A stretch of DNA of 64,000 bases from Fidelibacterota bacterium (GCA_014381925.1 JACNKR010000025.1:18506-82505); one strand, 5' to 3'. Positions 21,463 to 32,689 are shown, numbered from the stretch's first letter. Translations and numbers: made by a program. Notes: generated by a model not told the origin, from the letters alone.

Positions 21463-24297
21463 ATGCAAATTGCAACTTTATTAAAGTCTATTAACCTGAA
21501 TGAATTTGTAGCTTTTGATTTAGAAACAACGGGGTTAAACGCTAATACAGACTCAATTATTGAAATCTCAGCATATCGATTTATTGACGGTCTTCCACAT
21601 TCTACTTTTACAACTTTAATTAATCCAAATAGAACAATTCCTGTTTTTATTACTGAATTAACAGGTATTAATAATTCAATGGTAAAAAAATCACCATTTA
21701 TTAAAGATGCACTTCCAGATCTACTTGAATTTTTTGGTAATTCACCAATTGTTGGACAAAATATTGGGTTTGATTTTGGTTTTTTAAATAATGCATTGGC
21801 GATAGAAAATAAACCTTTATATAAAAATAGTAGAATTTATGATACTTCTACATTGTCAAGATTTTGCTTATTTACAAACGATGATTTGTCTTTAAGTGGT
21901 ATATCTGATTTTTATGGATTGAATACAGACGGTGCACATCGGGCTGAAATGGATACTTTAAATACAGGTAAAGTATTTGTTGAACTGATTAAAGAAACTG
22001 CTTACAATACAATAGAACAACTAGAACAATGTGTAACAACTTTAAAAAATGAAAATTCATATAATTATTATTTATTTAAGAATCTTGTTGAGTTACAATT
22101 AAAATCAAATTCAGTTAATGGAATTGGGAAATCAGAATTAAATTCACAATTAAATTCTTCTTTTTTTAAATTTGAAAATAATGAAAGCGAAATTGATAAA
22201 TTAGACATTGGCTTAATTTTGGATGAAGGTGGGTTAATAGAAAAAAATTGGGATAAATTTGAATCTCGAAAAAATCAAGTTTCTTTTTCAGAAGATATTT
22301 TATCTTCATTTAATCAGCAACAAATATTATTAGGTGAGGCAGGGACAGGGTTAGGAAAATCATTTAGTTATTTAACAGCATCCTTAATTTATTCTCTTCA
22401 AAATAAAATACCTGTAATTATTTCTACTTATACAAAACATTTACAAGATCAACTTTTTAATAAGGATATTCCTAATTTTTCTAAATTAACAGGAATTCCA
22501 GTTACTGCAATTATTTTAAAGGGGCGTCATAATTATCTATGTAAAACTCGTTTAGAACAATTTGTAAAATATAGATTACCTAAGTTGAATAAAAAAGATA
22601 GGGAGTTATTTTTACCAATAATTTCATGGAGTAAAAATACATTATCTGGTGATATTGAAGAATGTCCTGCATTTCCTATAAGTAGGGCTTTAAATATATG
22701 GAATGCCATACGCAGTGAACCTGGGTTTTGTACAACATCGAGATGTAAAGATCACGATGGATGCTTTTATGGACCTATACGAAAAAAAACATCTCAAGTT
22801 AATTTAATTATTGTAAATCATGCATTATTTTGTATTGAATTAAATAGAGAAAATTCTATTTTACCTTCAGGTTTTGTTTATGTTATTGATGAGGGACATA
22901 ATTTTGTTAAATCTGCTCGTGACCAATTAACAATTAAATTAAATGCAGATTCTGCAAATGAAGTTATTTCATTTTATAAATTTGAAACGGATTTGTTTGG
23001 TAATACAATAATAAAAGCGGTGAGTCAACATGCTGGTGAATATACTGAACATGTAAATGAAATAGCAGATTATGCCATTAAATTAAAAAAATATATTGAT
23101 ACATTTTTTAGTGAATTTTCAAAGAAATCAAATTTAAATGGAGAATTATCAAATTTACAGTATGAGAAAAACTTTATATTAAATAATGCTACAAAAATTT
23201 ATGACAAATTAAATTATTCACCTGAAAATTGCTTAGATGAAATTTTATCATTTTCTAAATTAACTAAATCACTTGAGAACTCGCTTAAAAGTGTAAAAGA
23301 TTTTCCTCAAAGCTTAATAATTGAATTGTCCTCACAAAATAAATATTTAGAAGATTTGGCACAAACTTTTTTACGAATTTCTCATTTGTTAGATGAAGAT
23401 ATTGTTTGGTCTTCTTTTCGAAATAGATTTGGTCAAGTTCATTGTTCTATAAATTGTGCCCCAAAAGATGTTGGCATTTTTTTAAGAGATGCATTATTTG
23501 GTAGAGAGGCAGGAGGAGTAATTTGTTCTGCAACACTTGCATTAAATTCATCCTTTCAATTTACAAAAGATTCAATGGGGATTTCAGATTCACATATTGT
23601 TGAAAAATTAAATACAGTTGAATATAAATCTCCTTTCTTCTATGAAGACCAAGTTGAATTATGGGTATATGATTCTTTTGACAAGGTAAATAGTTTCTCT
23701 TTTATTCAAACAATTGGAAATCAAATAAATGAATTAGCTCAACTGCATAATAATCGTATATTAGTTCTCTGTACTTCATACGATCAAGTAAAAAAATTAC
23801 GAGATATTGTGAAACCATGTTATGATTATTTAGGTCGGAAAGTTTTCGCCCAAACTATTGGTCATAGCCGTAGAGCGATGATTAGAGGTTATACAAATAC
23901 ACCAAGTTCGATTTTAATAGGCACGATGAGTTTTTGGGAAGGGGTTGATTTTCCAGGAGAATTAGTTGAGATTTTGATGATATTTAAAATCCCATTTGAT
24001 AATCCAACAGATCCAATATTATTAACAGAAGTAGAAAATTATAAGAAAAAAGGAAAAAATCCATTTATGGATTTTCAAATCCCAACGGCTACGGTTAAAT
24101 TTAAACAAGGATTTGGCCGGTTAATAAGAAGTATTAATGATAATGGTATGTGTATATTGACTGATCCTCGCTTATTAAAAGCTCAGTATGGGAAATTTAT
24201 TTTAAATGCATTACCTTTAGCATATAAACCATATAAATCAATTTCAGAGATAAATAATTCAACTATTTTATTTCGAAAGGAAACTGTTAATGAATGA
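21463..24297 (+). CDS. dinG: DnaQ-like 3'-5' exonuclease fused to a DinG-family helicase
   Basis: FDLETTG, HRAEMD; EAGTGLGKS, KGRHNYLC, IDEGHN, FWEGVDFPG, QGFGRLIR. ATG at 21463 follows CAGGA. Confidence 0.88.
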   Translation: MQIATLLKSINLNEFVAFDLETTGLNANTDSIIEISAYRFIDGLPHSTFTTLINPNRTIPVFITELTGINNSMVKKSPFIKDALPDLLEFFGNSPIVGQNIGFDFGFLNNALAIENKPLYKNSRIYDTSTLSRFCLFTNDDLSLSGISDFYGLNTDGAHRAEMDTLNTGKVFVELIKETAYNTIEQLEQCVTTLKNENSYNYYLFKNLVELQLKSNSVNGIGKSELNSQLNSSFFKFENNESEIDKLDIGLILDEGGLIEKNWDKFESRKNQVSFSEDILSSFNQQQILLGEAGTGLGKSFSYLTASLIYSLQNKIPVIISTYTKHLQDQLFNKDIPNFSKLTGIPVTAIILKGRHNYLCKTRLEQFVKYRLPKLNKKDRELFLPIISWSKNTLSGDIEECPAFPISRALNIWNAIRSEPGFCTTSRCKDHDGCFYGPIRKKTSQVNLIIVNHALFCIELNRENSILPSGFVYVIDEGHNFVKSARDQLTIKLNADSANEVISFYKFETDLFGNTIIKAVSQHAGEYTEHVNEIADYAIKLKKYIDTFFSEFSKKSNLNGELSNLQYEKNFILNNATKIYDKLNYSPENCLDEILSFSKLTKSLENSLKSVKDFPQSLIIELSSQNKYLEDLAQTFLRISHLLDEDIVWSSFRNRFGQVHCSINCAPKDVGIFLRDALFGREAGGVICSATLALNSSFQFTKDSMGISDSHIVEKLNTVEYKSPFFYEDQVELWVYDSFDKVNSFSFIQTIGNQINELAQLHNNRILVLCTSYDQVKKLRDIVKPCYDYLGRKVFAQTIGHSRRAMIRGYTNTPSSILIGTMSFWEGVDFPGELVEILMIFKIPFDNPTDPILLTEVENYKKKGKNPFMDFQIPTATVKFKQGFGRLIRSINDNGMCILTDPRLLKAQYGKFILNALPLAYKPYKSISEINNSTILFRKETVNE

Positions 24298-25810
24298 ATT
24301 TATAATTGAAAATAAAAATTATAAAATATCTGATTTTGATTTTTTTCTTTCTAATAATCCAATGGTAGTACTTTCAAAAGAATCACAAAAGTTAATTAAT
24401 GATTCTAGAGAACGGTTGAACCATGCAGTTAAAAGTGGGCAAACTATTTATGGTGTGAATACAGGATTTGGAAAATTAAGCCAAGTTAAAATTTCAGATG
24501 ATAATATTTCAAAATTACAAGAAAATTTAATTTTATCACATGCTACAGGAATTGGTTCCCCAATTAATGACAATCTAGTAAAACTTATTATATTAACCAA
24601 AATTATAGGTCTTTCTAAAGGATATAGTGGGGTAAGAATAGAAATTGTAGAACGACTAATTGATTTATTAAATTTTGATTGCCTACCAATAATTCCATCC
24701 CAGGGATCAGTAGGGGCAAGTGGTGATTTAGCACCTTTAGCTCATATGACATTACCATTGTTAGGATTTTCCAATTTAAAATTTAATGGGGAGTTATCGC
24801 CTGCTAAAGATGTTTTGAATAAGTTAAAAATAAAAGTTATTCAGTTAAGTTATAAAGAAGGATTAGCATTAATTAATGGTACTCAATTTTCAACAGCACA
24901 TGGAATCTATGCTTCGATTCAAGCAAAAAAAATTATAAAAAATTGTGATATTATTGGAGCCTTATCCGTAGATGCACTTCTTGGTACTCATCGAGCATAT
25001 AAAAGTGATATTCATAAATTAAAACCACATTGTGGGCAATTAGATTCTGCAGAAAATTTATATAAACTTCTCCAAGATAGTGAAATAAGAAAATCACATG
25101 ATGGATGCGAGCGTGTACAAGATATGTATTGTTTGAGATGTATGCCTCATGTACATGGTGCAAGTAGAGAGAATTTAAATTATTTATTCAATGTTGTTGA
25201 AACAGAAGTAAATTCAGTGAGTGATAATCCGTTGATATTAGATGATGGGGAAGTTATTTCTGCTGGGCATTTTCATGCACAGTCAATTGGTCAGGCCATG
25301 GATTGTTCTGCAATTGCATTGACTACTTTGGGTGCAATAAGTGAACGCCGAATTTCGACACTTGTAAATGGAGATTTTGGTCTTCCAACATTTTTAGTTG
25401 ATAACCCGGGGCTAAATTCTGGATTTATGATTACACAAATTACTTCTGCTTCAATTGCATCTGAAAATAAAAGTTTATCAAGTCCATCAACCGTAGATAG
25501 TATTCCAACAGGTGCAGGTCAAGAGGATTTTGTAAGTATGGCTCCTTATGCAGGGCGAAAATTATTGAAAATTGTTGAAAATGTAGAACGCATACTGGGT
25601 ATTGAATTAATTACAGCACTTCAAGGAATGGATTATAGAGGTAATTTATTATCAAGTCCACCACTTGAAAATGTTCGTCAACAGGTACGAAAAATAATTC
25701 CAAAATTAACGACAGACCGATTTATGGAAGCCGATATTTTAAACGCTATAAAATTAGTTAATAATGGTAATTTAATTGGGTGGGTTGAAGACCGACTTAA
25801 ATTAAATTAA
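24290..25810 (+). CDS. hutH: histidine ammonia-lyase
   Basis: YGVNTGFG, MIO-forming GASGDLAPL, KEGLALINGT, QDMYCLRC, GQEDFVSM. Confidence 0.95.
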   Translation: MNEFIIENKNYKISDFDFFLSNNPMVVLSKESQKLINDSRERLNHAVKSGQTIYGVNTGFGKLSQVKISDDNISKLQENLILSHATGIGSPINDNLVKLIILTKIIGLSKGYSGVRIEIVERLIDLLNFDCLPIIPSQGSVGASGDLAPLAHMTLPLLGFSNLKFNGELSPAKDVLNKLKIKVIQLSYKEGLALINGTQFSTAHGIYASIQAKKIIKNCDIIGALSVDALLGTHRAYKSDIHKLKPHCGQLDSAENLYKLLQDSEIRKSHDGCERVQDMYCLRCMPHVHGASRENLNYLFNVVETEVNSVSDNPLILDDGEVISAGHFHAQSIGQAMDCSAIALTTLGAISERRISTLVNGDFGLPTFLVDNPGLNSGFMITQITSASIASENKSLSSPSTVDSIPTGAGQEDFVSMAPYAGRKLLKIVENVERILGIELITALQGMDYRGNLLSSPPLENVRQQVRKIIPKLTTDRFMEADILNAIKLVNNGNLIGWVEDRLKLN

Positions 25811-25824
25811 ACCGGTCTTACAAA

Positions 25825-26076
25825 TTATAAAGAGGCAACATGCCGCATTAATCTTGACTTTTGATTTGCAGCTTTATTTTTATGTATTATGCCTTTTCTT
25901 GCAGTTTTGTCTATTACTGAACATGAAGAAGATAATGCAGATTGTGCAGTTTCTTTATTTTCAGCATTAATTACATTTTTAATTGCGGACTTTAACACTG
26001 ATTTATAATGTTTATTCCGTTGATATCTTTTAAGGTTTTGTTTAACCCTTTTAAGTTCTGATCCTTTTGCACTCAT
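25825..26076 (-). CDS. rpsT: 30S ribosomal protein S20
   Basis: RN-x3-KS, IDK-x3-KGIIHKNKAANQKSRL. Confidence 0.93.
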   Translation of the reverse strand: MSAKGSELKRVKQNLKRYQRNKHYKSVLKSAIKNVINAENKETAQSALSSSCSVIDKTARKGIIHKNKAANQKSRLMRHVASL

Positions 26077-26275
26077 ATAATGCTATATTTCCTTTTAAAT
26101 TATAGACTAATAATTTATTAATTATATACGGTATAAATAAAATGAATTATTAGAATTAAATTATAAATTTTTAATATAGAAAATTTAATTATTTGTAAAT
26201 TATAGATTATAGAAAAACAATAAAGAATAAAAAAGATATTAAATATAATAATTAAAACTTTTAAGAAGGAGAATT

Positions 26276-27256
26276 TTGAATAAAAAAGAAAGTAATATAA
26301 CAATTTTTTTAATTATGATGGCTTCGTTAATTTTTTGTGTGCCAAATGAAAATGAACTAATTGGAAAAATAGTAAATTCTAATAATAATGAGATTATTTC
26401 AGTTGATAAGTTAATTGATATAATGAAATATACAGATGTGATTTATCTTGGAGAAAAACACGATAATATTGATCATCATAAACATCAAATTGAAATTATT
26501 AAATTATTAATTTCTGAAGGTAAAAAACCTGTTATTGGGTTTGAATTTTTTTATCAACACCAAACAAGTGATTTAATGAAATATATTAATGGTATAAAAT
26601 CCCCGTTTCAACATGGAGAAGAAAACCCAGAAAAAGATGAAGAAAAATTGAGAGAAAAACTGGGGTGTAAACACAAAACGGATGAAGATTGGAATTTCTA
26701 TTTCGATTTAGTAAATTTAGCAAAAGAAAATAAATTGACTGTTTTTGGTGCAGACTTACCCAAGGGAATCGTTTCACGAATTTCTCGTGAAGGACTTAAT
26801 ACGTTAACACCTGTGGAATTAAACCAATTATCATTTACCAATTATATTGACACAAATTATCAAAAATTAATGGTAAAAAAGTTTAAAGATAGTCACTGTG
26901 GTTGGGTGCCAAAAGATAATTTTGAAAAATTATATCATACATGGGTTGCGCGAAATGATGCAATGGCTAAAGCAATAACCATGACGGCTAAAAATAATAA
27001 TAATCCTGTAATTTTAATTGTAGGGGGGGGGCATGTAGAACATAATATGGGCATTTTTGAAAGAGTAAATTATTTAAATCCAAATTTAAACCAATTGAAT
27101 TTAGGGTTTAAAGAAATTTCAATTGAAGAATCTGAATTAAAGGATTATTATAACTCAACGATAATAAATGATCAAAAATATCTACCATTACATGAATATT
27201 TTTGGTTTACGGATAGAAAAGACGATAAAGATCCGTGTGAAGGATTTAAATTTTAA
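26276..27256 (+). CDS. ChaN/EreA (Tiki-superfamily) periplasmic protein
   Basis: DVIYLGEKHDN-x2-HH-x2-Q, HCG, RNDAMA, GGGHV; TTG start after AAGGAG. Confidence 0.75.
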   Translation: MNKKESNITIFLIMMASLIFCVPNENELIGKIVNSNNNEIISVDKLIDIMKYTDVIYLGEKHDNIDHHKHQIEIIKLLISEGKKPVIGFEFFYQHQTSDLMKYINGIKSPFQHGEENPEKDEEKLREKLGCKHKTDEDWNFYFDLVNLAKENKLTVFGADLPKGIVSRISREGLNTLTPVELNQLSFTNYIDTNYQKLMVKKFKDSHCGWVPKDNFEKLYHTWVARNDAMAKAITMTAKNNNNPVILIVGGGHVEHNMGIFERVNYLNPNLNQLNLGFKEISIEESELKDYYNSTIINDQKYLPLHEYFWFTDRKDDKDPCEGFKF

Positions 27257-27274
27257 TATGAAACTTATAAAATT

Positions 27275-28408
27275 TTGAAGGGGATTATTTTTATTTTATT
27301 TATTTCATTAATATTCGCTACAGAACCAATATTTGGTGAACGACAAAATTGGGGAATACTTGAAAATGATGAAATTAACGAGGCATCAGGTTTAATTGCG
27401 AGTAGAAAAAATGAGAATGTATTTTGGACTCATAATGATTCAGGAGGCGAGAGTTGTATTTTTGCATTAAATCAGAATGGGGAGCATTTAGGTAAATTTT
27501 ATCTACCCAATATTACAGCACGAGACTGGGAAGATATTTCAATTTCTCCAAATATAAATGGAACTGATTTTTTTATTTATATTGGAGATATCGGAGATAA
27601 TAATAGCCAATATAATGTTAAATATATCTATCGGTTTTTAGAGCCAGATATTTTATCAGATCAAATCCCAATAACTGAAAATGTTACAAATATAGAAACG
27701 ATTTCTTATGAATATCCAAATGGAAATAGAGATTCTGAAACACTTATGGTTGATCCATATACATTGGATATTTATACTATTTCCAAAAGAGAAAATGAGA
27801 CTTTTATTTATGTTTTACCATATCCACAACAAACTGAATCATTAACTACTGCAATATTATTAGGTGATTTCGATATGTACCCTAACCAAAACCAGGTTGA
27901 TAATCAATTAACTTGGATTACGGCTGGAGATATTTCTATGGATGGAAGAGAAATATTATTGAAATCCTATCAGCATATTTTTCATTATGCATGGGGTGAA
28001 TGGGAAAGTATAATTGATGCATTACATTCTCCAACTGAAGTTGAATATATATTGGAGCCACAAGGGGAAGCTATTGCCTGGCATTCTGATGGGTTCGGAT
28101 ATTTTACAACGAGTGAGGAGCCCTTTGGAATCCCAGCGAAGTTATATTTTTACCCTCGAATTGTAGGTTGCATGGATGATACTGCAATAAATTATAATCC
28201 CTATGCTTTTGATGATGATGGTAGTTGTGAAGATGAATTTTATTTAGGAGATATTAATCAAGATACATTGATTAATGTGGTAGATATTGTACTATTAGTT
28301 AGTTTAATATTGAATGATGGATCTGATATTTTTGCAGATATGAATGAAGATAGTTCAATAGATGTCTTAGATGTGGTACTATTAGTAAATTTTATATTAG
28401 GAGAATGA
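27275..28408 (+). CDS. secreted beta-propeller-like protein with a C-terminal dockerin
   Basis: EASGL, WTHNDSG, DWEDI, GDIGDN, QGEAI repeats; GCMDDTAINYNP motif; GDINQD/DMNEDS dockerin pair. Confidence 0.65.
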   Translation: MKGIIFILFISLIFATEPIFGERQNWGILENDEINEASGLIASRKNENVFWTHNDSGGESCIFALNQNGEHLGKFYLPNITARDWEDISISPNINGTDFFIYIGDIGDNNSQYNVKYIYRFLEPDILSDQIPITENVTNIETISYEYPNGNRDSETLMVDPYTLDIYTISKRENETFIYVLPYPQQTESLTTAILLGDFDMYPNQNQVDNQLTWITAGDISMDGREILLKSYQHIFHYAWGEWESIIDALHSPTEVEYILEPQGEAIAWHSDGFGYFTTSEEPFGIPAKLYFYPRIVGCMDDTAINYNPYAFDDDGSCEDEFYLGDINQDTLINVVDIVLLVSLILNDGSDIFADMNEDSSIDVLDVVLLVNFILGE

Positions 28409-28409
28409 T

Positions 28410-29459
28410 ATGAAAAATATATTGATTTTTATTATTTTAATATGTTTTACGATTGCACAGGATTTAAATGATTTAAATTTTGGTTCAAATGAAACCTTTG
28501 AAGTGATAACTTGGAATATTGAATGGTTTCCAAAAAATGACCAAACAACAGTAGATTATGTAGCCGAAATTATTCAAGCTCTTGATGTAGATTTAATTGC
28601 AATTCAAGAAGTTGATGATACCGATATGTTTGACCAATTGCTAAATGGACTTCCAAATTATGCAGGGTATTACGAATCCAATTGGTTTGCAGGGTTGGCA
28701 TATATTTATAATACAAATACAATTGAAATTAATGATATTTATGAAATTTATATTTCTTCTGAATATTGGAATGCATTTCCTCGCTCACCAATGGTTATGG
28801 ATTTGAACTTCAATGGAGAAAATATCTTTGTAATCAATAACCATTATAAATGTTGTGGAGATGGTATATTAGAGTTAGGAAATGATGGTGATGAAGAATT
28901 TAGAAGATACACTGCAAATAATTTGCTAAAAGAATATATTGATAATTATTTAGCACTTGAAAATGTTATTTTATTGGGAGATTTAAACGATGTATTAACA
29001 GATGAAATTTCAAATAATGTTTTTCAGATGTTTTTAGAAGATAATGAAAATTATATTTTTGCTGATTTAGAAATTGCCGAAGGAAATAGCTCGGGTTGGT
29101 CATATCCAGGATGGCCATCTCATCTTGACCATATTTTAATTTCAAATGAACTTTTTGATAATTTTAATTACGGTAATTCAGATATTCAAACTATTAAAAT
29201 AGATGAATATTTAGATGGCGGATTTAATGAATATGATCAACATGTTTCTGACCATCGACCTGTTGGGTTAAAGTTACAATTTGTTGCGACAATATTAGGC
29301 GATTTAAATAATGATGATATAATTAATATTCTTGATTTAGTCGCTGTTGTTAATTTAGTATTATTGGGTGAATATGATGAAATTGGTGATATGAATAGTA
29401 ATAATAGTTTAAATGTAATTGATATTGTTATATTGGTGAATTTGATTTTAGGAGAATAG
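28410..29459 (+). CDS. secreted endonuclease/exonuclease/phosphatase-family protein with dockerin
   Basis: TWNIE, QEV, NHYKCC, GDLND, LDHILI, SDHRPV; dockerin GDLNND/GDMNSN. Confidence 0.8.
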   Translation: MKNILIFIILICFTIAQDLNDLNFGSNETFEVITWNIEWFPKNDQTTVDYVAEIIQALDVDLIAIQEVDDTDMFDQLLNGLPNYAGYYESNWFAGLAYIYNTNTIEINDIYEIYISSEYWNAFPRSPMVMDLNFNGENIFVINNHYKCCGDGILELGNDGDEEFRRYTANNLLKEYIDNYLALENVILLGDLNDVLTDEISNNVFQMFLEDNENYIFADLEIAEGNSSGWSYPGWPSHLDHILISNELFDNFNYGNSDIQTIKIDEYLDGGFNEYDQHVSDHRPVGLKLQFVATILGDLNNDDIINILDLVAVVNLVLLGEYDEIGDMNSNNSLNVIDIVILVNLILGE

Positions 29460-29464
29460 TTAAA

Positions 29465-30736
29465 TTGACACAAAATGGTTCAGATAAACAAGTAATCCCA
29501 GGATTTAGATCTCTTCCCAAAACAGGTGTGATTTATATTATGAGTGAAGCATCAAAAGTAGGCTTTAATCGAAACCACCCTGATTGGATTAATTTAGGAC
29601 AGGGAGCACCTGAAACAACAGCTTTACCAAATAGTCCTGAAAGAATAAATAAAATAGAAATTCATACGGACACCTTTGAATATTCACCTGTTGATGGTAT
29701 AATTGAATTAAGAAATAAAATTGCTGAATTCTATAATAAAGTGTTTAGAAATGATAAACGCTCAAAATATACTTATGAGAATGTTGCAATTTCAGGGGGT
29801 GGCCGTTCAGGATTAACACGGTTGGCGGCCTCATTGGGAAATATAAATATGGGATATTTTATTCCTGATTATACAGCCTACGAAGAATTATTGAGTATAT
29901 TTAAAGCATTTACACCTATTCCAATATTATTAAGCCCAGAAAATGGTTATAAAATTTCTGTTGAAGATTTAAAAAAAGAAATTACAGGTAGAGGATTAGG
30001 TGCAATGCTCATGAGTAATCCATGTAATCCGACGGGGCAATTAATTTTTGGAAAAGAATTAAACGAACGCGTAAATATTGCACGAAAATATAATTGCACT
30101 ATGATATTTGATGAATTTTATTCACATTATAATTATAATCAAGCCAAAGATGGTAGATTAAATATTATTTCAAGTGCCGAATTTGTTGAAGATGTTAATC
30201 AAGACCCAATAATTATTGTAGATGGATTAACAAAAAATTGGCGATACCCAGGATGGAGAATTAGTTGGACATTGGGACCCAAAGAAGTAATAAATAGAGT
30301 TGCAAGTGCAGGATCATTTTTAGATGGAGGAGCAAGTAATCCATTTCAACATCATTCAGTACCATTGTTAGAAATTGATTATGTCAAACAAGAATCTTCA
30401 TCACTTCAAATGTGTTTTAAAGAAAAACGAGATTATACAATTGATCGATTAAAAAAAATGGGAATAATTGTTGAGCATTCACCAATGGGTTCTTTTTATG
30501 TGTGGGCAAATTTATCACAATTACCAAACCCTTTAAATGATGGAATGGAATTATTCAAAGCTGGACTTAAAGAAAAAATTATTACAGTTCCTGGGACATT
30601 TTTTGATGTAAACCCAGGGAAAAGAAGAGCATTTGCACGATATAATAATTATTCACGAATTAGTTTTGGAGTGGAAATGTCAAAGCTAAAAGATGGATTA
30701 AATAAACTAGAAAACTTAATTTTATCTAAATCATAG
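29465..30736 (+). CDS. PLP-dependent aminotransferase class I/II
   Basis: LGQGAPE, SNPCNPTG, DEFY, GLTKNWRYPGWR. Confidence 0.88.
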   Translation: MTQNGSDKQVIPGFRSLPKTGVIYIMSEASKVGFNRNHPDWINLGQGAPETTALPNSPERINKIEIHTDTFEYSPVDGIIELRNKIAEFYNKVFRNDKRSKYTYENVAISGGGRSGLTRLAASLGNINMGYFIPDYTAYEELLSIFKAFTPIPILLSPENGYKISVEDLKKEITGRGLGAMLMSNPCNPTGQLIFGKELNERVNIARKYNCTMIFDEFYSHYNYNQAKDGRLNIISSAEFVEDVNQDPIIIVDGLTKNWRYPGWRISWTLGPKEVINRVASAGSFLDGGASNPFQHHSVPLLEIDYVKQESSSLQMCFKEKRDYTIDRLKKMGIIVEHSPMGSFYVWANLSQLPNPLNDGMELFKAGLKEKIITVPGTFFDVNPGKRRAFARYNNYSRISFGVEMSKLKDGLNKLENLILSKS

Positions 30737-30741
30737 TTTAA

Positions 30742-31101
30742 ATGAAATTTGAAATCGTTAAATCGTATGTATTATCTAAACCAAATTGTATAGAAACATA
30801 TCCATTTGGTGATTCACCTTTAGTTGCAACAATTGGTGGTAAAATGTTTGCGTTAATTTCTATCGATTTAAAACCTTGTAGAGTTTCTTTGAAATGCAAA
30901 CCTGAAGATGCTATTATCCAAAGGGGAATGTATAGTGAAATTAAACCAGGTTACCATTTAAATAAAGATCATTGGAATACGATTATATTGTCAAATTTAA
31001 TTCCTGCTAATTTGGTATTTCAATTAATAGATGAATCCTATAAATTAGTTTTTAATAAATTGACAATAAAAATAAAAAAAGAAATTGGAATTACAATATA
31101 A
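30742..31101 (+). CDS. MmcQ/YjbR family protein
   Basis: YPFG, GKMFA, LKC, PGYHLNKDHWNT, LIDESY. Confidence 0.9.
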   Translation: MKFEIVKSYVLSKPNCIETYPFGDSPLVATIGGKMFALISIDLKPCRVSLKCKPEDAIIQRGMYSEIKPGYHLNKDHWNTIILSNLIPANLVFQLIDESYKLVFNKLTIKIKKEIGITI

Positions 31102-32687
31102 TGAAGTTTTGGGTTTTAATTATGTTCATGATTTTTGGAAATTCTCAAGAGATTGAAGTGGGTTTAGGCAATTCTAGATCTGTTCCAAAATATGGTTTTA
31201 ATGGAAATACTGTGCGTGGACCATCTTGGATTAATGGAGAATTTACTGATTCTGTGGCGACAATGAAACCTGATATCCTTAGATATCCTTCAGGTGCTTC
31301 ATATTGGGATTGGGCTTCGGGCTGGTTTATTGATGAGCCAATAATTAATGATACTCTTTCTGTTGATACATTACCAAATAATTGGATAAATCTACCTCAA
31401 ATTGATATTCGTCCTATTCATTTTCAAAATGCATTAAATGTTACTGGAGCAGAGGGTATTTTTATTATGAATATGATTACTACGGATGTTAGAACCTCAA
31501 TGGAATCTGTTTCTAATGCAATGCAAGATGGTATGCAATTTAGAAATTTAGAATTAGGTAGTGAAATAAATCATACAAATGAATTTTATATTGCGAAATA
31601 CCCTACAGCTGGTGATTATGCCCGTGATTGTCAAATATATATTGATTCATTAGAGACCATTTTGCCAAATGCAAAAATTACGCTCACTGCAGGAAATAGG
31701 GGAGATTCAGAAAGAGGTGCACATTGGAATGATAGTTTATATGCAAATATTGAATCGGATTCATTTGATGCTTTAACTTGGCATGTATATTTATATATGA
31801 AAGATAGCCATGCTGAGTATTCTGACCGTCAATTTATTAGCTATCCATATTTTGATATTCCTCGAATAGAAGGATGGAGAGGATTTCAGGATACAACTAC
31901 ACAAATTCAAAATCATGAAATTTGGGTAACTGAATATAATTTATTTGATAAATCAGAAGACAATATTTATAGAAATACGTGGTTACATTCCTTGTTTTTA
32001 TCTGCTATGACCGACAATATTATGAATAACAATTTAGTAACTATGCTTCTTGCCCATAATGTTGGAGGCCCAACAGGGTTTGATGCGATTAATAATAGTG
32101 AAGATGAACATTTTCAAAAAAGGGCAACGGCATTTTCAGCGATGTTATATGATTGGATGGCAAAAGATATGACTGAAAATATAAAATTCGAATTCCCTGA
32201 ATCCTTATCAGATACAATTATGTTTGTAACAAATGGCGGAGTTGAAAAGTTTATTAATTGTCCTCGGTTATTTGGTTGGAAATTTAATAATAATAATGAC
32301 GAATCTGGAATTATTACAAATGTTTCTGATACTACTCTTATTATTTCAGTGGAAAATGCATTTAATAGTGACTTATTATGGACTCATTGGACTGCTGATA
32401 CATTAAGGAAAGAAATTGATGGGTATGATTCTATAAACAGGTCCTATGAAACAGGGTTAAATCAAATTTCCATTCCACCATTTTCAATGAATACATGTAC
32501 TTCTGTTATTATGGGAAATGTAAATAATGATGAGATATTAAATATTTTAGATATAATTATGATTGTTGAATATGTGATAGGGAATTCCATACCATCTGAT
32601 GTTCAGCTAGCAATAAGTGATTTAAATATGGATGGTGAAGTAAATATTTCTGATATAATTTCAATTGTAAATATTATTTTAGAATAA
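31101..32687 (+). CDS. secreted clan GH-A-like glycoside hydrolase with dockerin
   Basis: ILRYPSG, ELGSE (putative acid/base), WVTEYN (putative nucleophile); dockerin GNVNND/SDLNMD. Confidence 0.6.
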   Translation: MKFWVLIMFMIFGNSQEIEVGLGNSRSVPKYGFNGNTVRGPSWINGEFTDSVATMKPDILRYPSGASYWDWASGWFIDEPIINDTLSVDTLPNNWINLPQIDIRPIHFQNALNVTGAEGIFIMNMITTDVRTSMESVSNAMQDGMQFRNLELGSEINHTNEFYIAKYPTAGDYARDCQIYIDSLETILPNAKITLTAGNRGDSERGAHWNDSLYANIESDSFDALTWHVYLYMKDSHAEYSDRQFISYPYFDIPRIEGWRGFQDTTTQIQNHEIWVTEYNLFDKSEDNIYRNTWLHSLFLSAMTDNIMNNNLVTMLLAHNVGGPTGFDAINNSEDEHFQKRATAFSAMLYDWMAKDMTENIKFEFPESLSDTIMFVTNGGVEKFINCPRLFGWKFNNNNDESGIITNVSDTTLIISVENAFNSDLLWTHWTADTLRKEIDGYDSINRSYETGLNQISIPPFSMNTCTSVIMGNVNNDEILNILDIIMIVEYVIGNSIPSDVQLAISDLNMDGEVNISDIISIVNIILE

Positions 32688-32689
32688 TT

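Noticed and set aside
26118-26303. 61-aa I/F/L/Y-rich ORF between rpsT and the ChaN-like gene
   Set aside because: Low-complexity product of the extremely AT-rich divergent promoter region.
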